Assembly (NCBI RefSeq): GCF_000260965.1
Contig: NC_017856.1
Coordinates: 990,001-1,022,000 of the forward strand
Direction: 5' to 3'
Origin: Methylophaga frappieri
Lineage (GTDB): Bacteria > Pseudomonadota > Gammaproteobacteria > Nitrosococcales > Methylophagaceae
DNA: 32,000 bases
A program made the position numbers and the translations under genes. Shown piece after piece: positions 25,838-32,000 of the stretch. The notes beneath the pieces are model-generated. The model was not told the DNA's origin. It worked only from the letters and a program-made list of their open reading frames with translations, and ran no database searches. Each line of letters starts with the position of its first letter. The first letter of the stretch is position 1.

Positions 25838-26538
25838 CTACTGACAATGTCGATCACGCTGAAGTGGCAAAATTTGATGCCTTGGCCGATAGCTGGTGGG
25901 ACCCGGAAGGTCAGTCCAAACCCCTGCATCAAATTAATCCGTTACGGCTTAAATTTATTCAGGATGCTTTATCACTGCCGGGTGTGAATGCGATTGATGT
26001 TGGTTGCGGTGGCGGTATTTTAAGTGAATCTCTGGCCCAGGCCGGGGCCATTGTCAAAGGCATTGATATGGGTAAATTACCCTTGGAAATTGCACATTTA
26101 CATGCCCTGGAATCCGGTGTGACCGTTGATTACGAACAGATTACCGCAGAGGCCATGGCGATACGCCAGCCCGGTGAGTTTGATCTGGTCACCTGCATGG
26201 AAATGTTGGAACATGTTCCTGACCCTAAGGCCATTATTGAGGCCTGCGCGACCATGGTCAAACCGGGCGGCGATGTCTTTTTTTCTACCTTGAACCGACA
26301 TCCAAAAGCCTGGCTTCTTGCCGTATTCGGGGCCGAATATGTCATGCAAATGTTACCCAAAGGCACGCATGATTATGCGCGGTTTATCAAACCCTCTGAG
26401 CTCGCTGCCGCCTGCCGTGAATATGGCTTATCTCTTGTTCGCATGAGCGGGATCCGTTACGCACCACTACAGCAGCGCTTTGAACTTGATAACGATGTCG
26501 ATGTAAATTACCTGATGCACTGTCGGCGGCTCGCATGA
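25834..26538 (+). CDS. ubiG: Ubiquinone biosynthesis O-methyltransferase
   Basis: FD..A..WWDPEG..KPLH.INP.R, SAM motif [11 protein letters not shown], and [14 protein letters not shown] overlap with mtaD. Confidence 0.9.
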   Translation: MTTDNVDHAEVAKFDALADSWWDPEGQSKPLHQINPLRLKFIQDALSLPGVNAIDVGCGGGILSESLAQAGAIVKGIDMGKLPLEIAHLHALESGVTVDYEQITAEAMAIRQPGEFDLVTCMEMLEHVPDPKAIIEACATMVKPGGDVFFSTLNRHPKAWLLAVFGAEYVMQMLPKGTHDYARFIKPSELAAACREYGLSLVRMSGIRYAPLQQRFELDNDVDVNYLMHCRRLA

Positions 26539-27197
26539 TTTTAAGCCGCTTTACCGTCTTGTTATTGGATTTAGATGGCACGCTGGTCGATACCGCTCCC
26601 GATCTTGCTTACGCATTGAATCAACTGCTTCAGGAGCAGGGTAAATCACCGCTGGATTATGCCTTAATCCGCCCGGTTGCCAGTCATGGTAGCGCGGGGC
26701 TACTCAAGCTTGGCTTTGGTCTTACACCAGACGATGCTCAATACCGTACTTTTCAACAACGTTTTCTTCAGCTCTACGCTGATAATATTGATCGTGAATC
26801 CCGTTTATTTTTAGGGATGGAGAAAGTGCTGGATACGCTTACGGAACAAGGACGTCGTTGGGGCGTTGTCACTAACAAGCCGGCTTTTTTAACAGATCCG
26901 TTAATGTCGGGCCTGAACTTATCTGAGCGAGCCGCTTGTATTGTGAGCGGTGACACAACAGCACATAGCAAACCGCATCCAGCACCGTTGTTACATGCGT
27001 GTGAATTAATGGATGTACCCGCTGCAGATTGTATTTATATCGGCGATGCCGAGCGAGATATTCAGGCGGCCAAAAATGCTGGCATGCGTTCTGTGGTCGC
27101 ACGTTATGGTTATCTGCAACCGGATGAACAACCAGAACACTGGCAGGCAGATTGCATCATCAACCATCCATTGGAGATTTTACAGTGGACTGGCTAA
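26535..27197 (+). CDS. HAD phosphatase of the phosphoglycolate phosphatase / MupP type
   Basis: [16 protein letters not shown] and [14 protein letters not shown]. The position after ubiG matches the Pseudomonas ubiG-mupP arrangement (from memory). Confidence 0.75.
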   Translation: MILSRFTVLLLDLDGTLVDTAPDLAYALNQLLQEQGKSPLDYALIRPVASHGSAGLLKLGFGLTPDDAQYRTFQQRFLQLYADNIDRESRLFLGMEKVLDTLTEQGRRWGVVTNKPAFLTDPLMSGLNLSERAACIVSGDTTAHSKPHPAPLLHACELMDVPAADCIYIGDAERDIQAAKNAGMRSVVARYGYLQPDEQPEHWQADCIINHPLEILQWTG

Positions 27198-28474
27198 GCC
27201 TCATTGAAGCAAATCAGATACTCATTGCTGTGTTTGCCGGCGGACTCTTGGCGGGTGGATTACTTGTTTATGTCATTCGTCAGCGTCATGTCAATACTTT
27301 AGGACAGGCCCTAAGAGAGTGTCAGTTGCAACGGGATTGGCAACAGCAAAATCAAGAGCAGCTCGACACCATTCTGGATCAAACCCGAGATCAGTTAGCC
27401 AGCACTTTTAGTCAGCTATCTAACGAAGCATTGACTCGCAACAATAGCCATTTTTTACGTCTGGCTGAAGAAAACTTAAAACGCTATCAAAGCGAGGCCA
27501 AAGCAGAACTGGGCAGTAAAGAAAAAGCCATTGAGCAATTGCTTAAACCCATCAATGAGGCGCTGCAAAATACCCATAAACAAATCCATGATATCGAAAA
27601 AGAACGCAAAGAAAGTTACGGCAGCCTGAAAACCACTATTGACCAGATGACCCAAAGCCAGCAGCAATTGCAGCAGGAAACACAAAATCTGGTACAAGCA
27701 TTACGGCGTCCTGAAGTGCGCGGTCAATGGGGGGAAATGACGCTGCGCAGACTGGCAGAATTAAGTGGCATGGTCGCGCATTGTGATTTTTTTGAACAGA
27801 CCCACACCCAAACCGAGACGGGCAGCATCCGGCCAGATATGATTGTGCGCCTGCCAGAACAACGTGAAATCGTTGTGGATGCAAAAACGCCACTGGATGC
27901 GTATTTATCGGCTATTCAGGCAAAAGATGATGAGACGCGTCAGCGAGAATTGAAACGGCATGCGCATGTCATTCGTAGTCGGGTAAAAGAACTGGCACGC
28001 AAGAACTACTGGGCCGAATATGCTAACTCACCCGAATTTGTGGTGTTGTTTATCCCTGGCGAACAGTTTCTGGCTTCAGCACTGGAGGTTGATCCTGAGC
28101 TACTCGAAGACAGTATGAGTCAACACATTATTCTGGCCACACCGACTAACTTTATTGCCTTGCTGCGCGCTGTTTCCTACGGTTGGAAACAACAAAAACT
28201 GGCGGAAAACGCTGAAATTATTCGTGAACTTGGTGAAACGCTATATAAACGACTGAGCACGTTTGGCAACCACTTGAGGAAAATGGGCAACAGCCTTGGC
28301 CAAAGTGTCAATCACTTTAATAATGCGGTTGGTTCACTGGAACGAAATGTATTACCTGGCGCACGCAAATTTACTGAAATGGGTATTAGCGTAAAAAACG
28401 AACTGGATGAACTCCCACCGGTTGAGCAACAACCTCGACACGTACAAACACAGCCTGATGACAACGACGGATAA
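27185..28474 (+). CDS. rmuC: DNA recombination protein RmuC
   Basis: N-terminal TM, a long Gln/Glu coiled coil, and a C-terminal nuclease-like core (RPDMIVRLPEQREIVVDAKTPL..., FVVLFIPGE). The GTG 27185 start has GGAG 8 nt upstream. The track start at 27152 lies inside the upstream gene. Confidence 0.8.
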   Translation: MDWLSLIEANQILIAVFAGGLLAGGLLVYVIRQRHVNTLGQALRECQLQRDWQQQNQEQLDTILDQTRDQLASTFSQLSNEALTRNNSHFLRLAEENLKRYQSEAKAELGSKEKAIEQLLKPINEALQNTHKQIHDIEKERKESYGSLKTTIDQMTQSQQQLQQETQNLVQALRRPEVRGQWGEMTLRRLAELSGMVAHCDFFEQTHTQTETGSIRPDMIVRLPEQREIVVDAKTPLDAYLSAIQAKDDETRQRELKRHAHVIRSRVKELARKNYWAEYANSPEFVVLFIPGEQFLASALEVDPELLEDSMSQHIILATPTNFIALLRAVSYGWKQQKLAENAEIIRELGETLYKRLSTFGNHLRKMGNSLGQSVNHFNNAVGSLERNVLPGARKFTEMGISVKNELDELPPVEQQPRHVQTQPDDNDG

Positions 28475-29351
28475 AGCAATTAATCAGGCCTATCGCTATT
28501 GTCAGCAATTAGCAAATTCACATTACGAAAATTTCCCGGTTGCTTCAATTCTATTGCCAAGACAGCTCCGTAAACCGGTCTCGGCAATTTATGCTTTTGC
28601 CCGAACCGCGGATGATATTGCCGATGAAGGCACCGCACCGCCGGAGCAACGGCTGGCAAATTTAAATTACTACCGCAGCTTGCTTACACAAATTGAACAG
28701 GAAAAATACGCCGGCAACGATCCGATTTTTATTGCATTACAAGATGCCGTTAACCGCTATACCTTACCCGTATCGTTATTTGCCGATTTGCTCACGGCAT
28801 TTGAGCAGGATGTAGTCAAAAACCGGTATGCCGATTTTGCAGAACTGCATCGCTATTGTCGGTATTCCGCTAACCCGGTTGGCCGATTAGTGCTTCATTT
28901 ACATGGCGCCCCTGACAGCGAACAACTTATTCAGTCTGATGCGATTTGTACGAGTTTGCAGTTGATAAACTTTTTTCAGGATATTGTCCAAGATAAGATC
29001 GAACAAAATCGTATCTATTTGCCTCAGGATGCATTATCGGCGGCGGGCATTAGTGAATCAGCGCTGTTTACTGATAAGCGTGCCCTTGCCTGCATTCTTC
29101 GCCCGTTGTATCAAAAAACAGCGCAGATACTCTCTGCAGGGATTCCACTAGGCGCCCATCTTTCTGGACGACTTGGCTGGGAAATACGGGGAGTGATACT
29201 TGGTGGCCTTATCACACTTAAAAAATTACAAAATCAATTAGATGCCGATCTGCTTAGCCGACCACGATTATCACGTATGACGCAACTGCAGTTGTTAATA
29301 AATAGTGCCTCACCTGACCGTTATTTACGCGTTGCCTATAAGTTTTCGTAA
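28458..29351 (+). CDS. Squalene/phytoene synthase family protein, HpnC-like
   Basis: HYENFPVASILLP...R....IYAFARTADDIADEG (first Asp-rich motif) and a second region FQDIVQD. The start at ATG 28458 overlaps the rmuC end by 17 nt. Confidence 0.7.
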   Translation: MTTTDKAINQAYRYCQQLANSHYENFPVASILLPRQLRKPVSAIYAFARTADDIADEGTAPPEQRLANLNYYRSLLTQIEQEKYAGNDPIFIALQDAVNRYTLPVSLFADLLTAFEQDVVKNRYADFAELHRYCRYSANPVGRLVLHLHGAPDSEQLIQSDAICTSLQLINFFQDIVQDKIEQNRIYLPQDALSAAGISESALFTDKRALACILRPLYQKTAQILSAGIPLGAHLSGRLGWEIRGVILGGLITLKKLQNQLDADLLSRPRLSRMTQLQLLINSASPDRYLRVAYKFS

Positions 29352-31682
29352 CGGTTGGCATCAAAAATACCGGCTTCTAATGGTTGCTGTTCACGTTGCC
29401 ATTGGGTGAAATCATGGAAGATTTTCCAGAAATCTGGATGCGTTCGTCGTACACCCCAACGCAACACCATCTGTTCAAATTTCGTTTCATTGTCTGCCTG
29501 TTTCAGGGCCAATGTAAACTGACCTACCTCGTCCGCTGGAATATCAAAAATAAAGTTTGGATAACTGCCTGCAATCCCTGGGTAGACGGTTAAATAATCG
29601 GCTTCAGGCTGACGCCTTAAGGATTCACCGAATAAAAAAGCCACATTACTGTGCGCTCTGTTCCGAATCAGAGAGTAAACCGTACGCATGTCATCAGATC
29701 GCACTCTTAAAAATGTGATCTCAGGTAAATATCGTAGCCCTGGTAAAGCGGGAGAGGAGATTGATGAAATACCGGCCAGGCGTACATCGGTTTGTTGTAT
29801 CCACTCAGGTTGTAACGGCCGAAAACAATCGTGACCGAAACACCGGTTTAACACGTCATTATCCTGCGCATTGATGGCGTTAAATTCTGCGAACAACCTG
29901 TTTGCCAATATTTTCTTACTCGGCTTATCTTTATTTTCATAAGCATCTGCACTGCGAGTCTGCTCGTCGAGTGCGGCGTAACTGATATGCGTCTTAATGG
30001 CCCCCATTCCCTGGTACCAATCATCGAGCAAGGACCGACGTTCATTCGCAGGAAGCAGTCTTAAAAAATTATGCTCAGCGCCATTTCGAATCAAATCAAA
30101 ATAGAGTCGGGTTTGTAGTTGATGCGCGACATTGCCAAAGACATCAAAATTCACAACTAATTCGTAATAACTGCGTTCAAATAACGGGTAATCCATCCAC
30201 CAAATTGTTTGTGGCACCCTGCCGACAAGCCCCTGCTGAACACTGGCACTATCAAAATGTCTGAACACCGTTAAGAGTGCATTCTTGTTATAACCTTCGC
30301 CATCCCAAATGGATTGTATCGATGCCCAATCAGGTGCAAATTCCCGATAAGCCCGCTGACGATGATCTTGGTAGCGGTTTCGTTGGTCACGATATTTATC
30401 CCAGTTTGTACCTGCTTCAAGTAAATCATCATCTTGTCCAGGCAAGCCTAGCAATGGACTGACTCGACTCCTATAGTCCGCGTCCGTAACAAATAAATCC
30501 TTATCCGGATCTTGATATAACACCCAAAAATGATCGCGAATGACATCGGTTGCAATCTGCCCACGACAAACCGGCCCGCGGATAAATGTCCGCGTAAAAT
30601 ATTGCGCGTTATCAAGCATAAATTGATATTTGGCTCGCGCTGGTATTGCAGCAAAAGTCATGAAGGGGTTTGCACGGTGAGAATAGTCATACCCAGGCAA
30701 CGCATCAACAGACCACGCTTCTGAAAAAAATAATGTTTTGACCCGTTCCCGCGTTTGACGACTAAAATCGAGGGTAATGTGTCTTTTATGCACGATACTG
30801 CCTGTCACCGGTCTTAATCGGTAGTAGAAAGGCTTTTCCGGATCCTGATTAGGCAACCGCGTACTGACTGGTTTGAGTGGTTCACCTGAAGGGGTATAAG
30901 ACCTGACTAACTCAAAAAAACGTGGCGCAGGGCTTGGTGTTTCAAAATAAAGATGAGCCAAAAATAAATGCTCATACAACCATCGTGCAACCAATTGATG
31001 ACGATGATCAGGTTGATTTAACAGGTTTTCCCAATGCTGAATCTCATCAAGCTCTGCGTCAGTCAAAATGACCGGTGACACAGCCACATGAGCCCCCTGT
31101 TTTAACCAGCCCATCATCTGTGCATATTCTTCATCCGTGAGACCCGCAATCGCCAGCGGCATGCCTTCCATCGGATGTTCGGCAGCAAAATCTTTAAAAC
31201 TTCTCTGGCAAAGGACATTGATTCTGCCGTTTTGTCCCCAACCGAATAGAGTCACTAACTTTTTCGTGCGCAACGTGAGGATATTGTTTGGCTAGTTTCA
31301 ACATGTTTGCCATCAATGACGGCACATTCTCATTGGTCTCGATTACAGAATAGAAATCTAAAGATCGCCATTCACTGACGGTATCGGCATCTATACCTAA
31401 ACGCGTGGCTCTTTGCGGCTCAGTCCGAACACCATCGTAAACCTCATCTTGACTTGCACCGCGCAGTAAACCCATTGGGGTTTCCAGTTTCAATTGACAT
31501 GGCGCATCGAAACAGCTGTGACAAGCAAGACATTTATTCTCAATGATTGGGCGGATTATCTCGTTAAAAGAAACGGGGTAGTCAACTGGAGCCGGCACAG
31601 TTTGAGGCGCTGGCAAGACAGGCTTATCATCACATGCCGTTATGATTAGCAAGGCAAAACCGATTAGCAGGCGAAACACCAT
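29336..31682 (-). pseudogene. cti: Fatty acid cis/trans isomerase (Cti), reading frame interrupted once at 31194-31199
   Basis: The N-terminal ORF (31194-31682) carries the heme c motif CLACH followed by SCFDAPCQLKL. The 645-aa ORF (29336-31273) continues the family. The two join seamlessly (..CPLPEKF|KDFAAEHP..) if one T of the mRNA TTTT run is skipped, giving about 781 aa. Confidence 0.8.
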
Positions 31683-31836
31683 GACACATCCAATTTTATG
31701 AAGGTGATGATATTGCCATCACAATGCGGATTAAGGAGTTGAAACGATACCGTTACGGCGGCTTTTAGGCAATCCGTTGGATTAACGAATCTTCTTGGTA
31801 TTGCTTAGAGTAAAGGTCAATACAACTCTCAGAGAC

Positions 31837-31872
31837 AAAAAAATACCCGGTCCTCTCTGAGAGGCCGGGTAT
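31837..31872 (-). terminator. Rho-independent terminator downstream of 5S rRNA
   Basis: On the minus strand: ATACCCGGCCTCTC...GAGAGGACCGGGTAT hairpin followed by TTTTTTT, 12 nt after the 5S 3' end. Confidence 0.6.
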
Positions 31873-31884
31873 CTTTATATAAAA

Positions 31885-32000
31885 GCCTGGCAGTGTCCTA
31901 CTTTCACATGGGAACTCCCACACTATCATCGGCGCTGAGACGTTTCACTACTGTGTTCGGGATGGGAACAGGTGGTGCCAACTCGCTATGGCCGCCAGGC
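31885..32000 (-). rRNA. rrf: 5S ribosomal RNA (runs to the window edge)
   Basis: The reverse complement reads GCCTGGCGGCCATAGCGAGTTGGCACCACCTGTTCCCATCCCGAACACAGTAGTGAAACGTCTCAGCGCCGATGATAGTGTGGGAGTTCCCATGTGAAAGTAGGACACTGCCAGGC. This aligns along its length with the E. coli 5S consensus. Confidence 0.95.

Noticed and set aside
1-32000. CRISPR arrays, IS elements or transposase genes
   Set aside because: There are no regularly spaced direct repeats, no terminal inverted repeats flanking a transposase-like ORF, and no DDE/HUH-type translations in any frame that I could recognise.

Overview
The window has three parts. (1) 1 to about 11.3-11.9 kb is very GC-rich (mid-60s % by eye). It holds the distal end of an integrated conjugative element: the traG/virD4 3' end, an RHH gene, then a tightly overlapping P-type (Trb) type IV secretion operon trbB-C-D-E-J-L-F-G-I plus a DUF2274 gene, in Tn4371-family ICE order. 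(2) From about 11.95 kb composition drops to roughly 35-50 % GC, consistent with a gammaproteobacterial chromosome. It opens with a clear TPP riboswitch controlling TonB-dependent receptor / YkoF-like thiamine-binding protein / PnuC-family (PnuT-like) transporter / HAD phosphatase. (3) The window centre (15.8-18.5 kb) is a small accessory island of orphan genes: a DUF2971-like protein, a membrane-anchored BamE/SmpA-like protein, a 170-aa unknown, and an oppositely oriented secreted lipocalin-like protein. The first two co-directional orphans are each followed by a GC-rich imperfect palindrome with integron attC-like ends, and a short degenerate relic follows the third. No integrase is present in the window. 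I consider this the best candidate for an undescribed system: an integrase-less cassette array and/or a DUF2971-headed module. The remainder is chromosomal. It holds a putatively Fur-regulated siderophore receptor, a VOC/glyoxalase gene, a DUF2200 gene, an mtnA-SDR-kinase-like operon divergent from mtaD-ubiG-HAD(gph/mupP)-rmuC, and an orphan HpnC-like squalene synthase. It ends with a fatty-acid cis/trans isomerase (cti) interrupted by a 1-nt frame change at a UUU_UAA site, and the 5S rRNA end of an rRNA operon at the right edge. All calls rest on reading the ORF translations and the DNA by eye. No database search was run.
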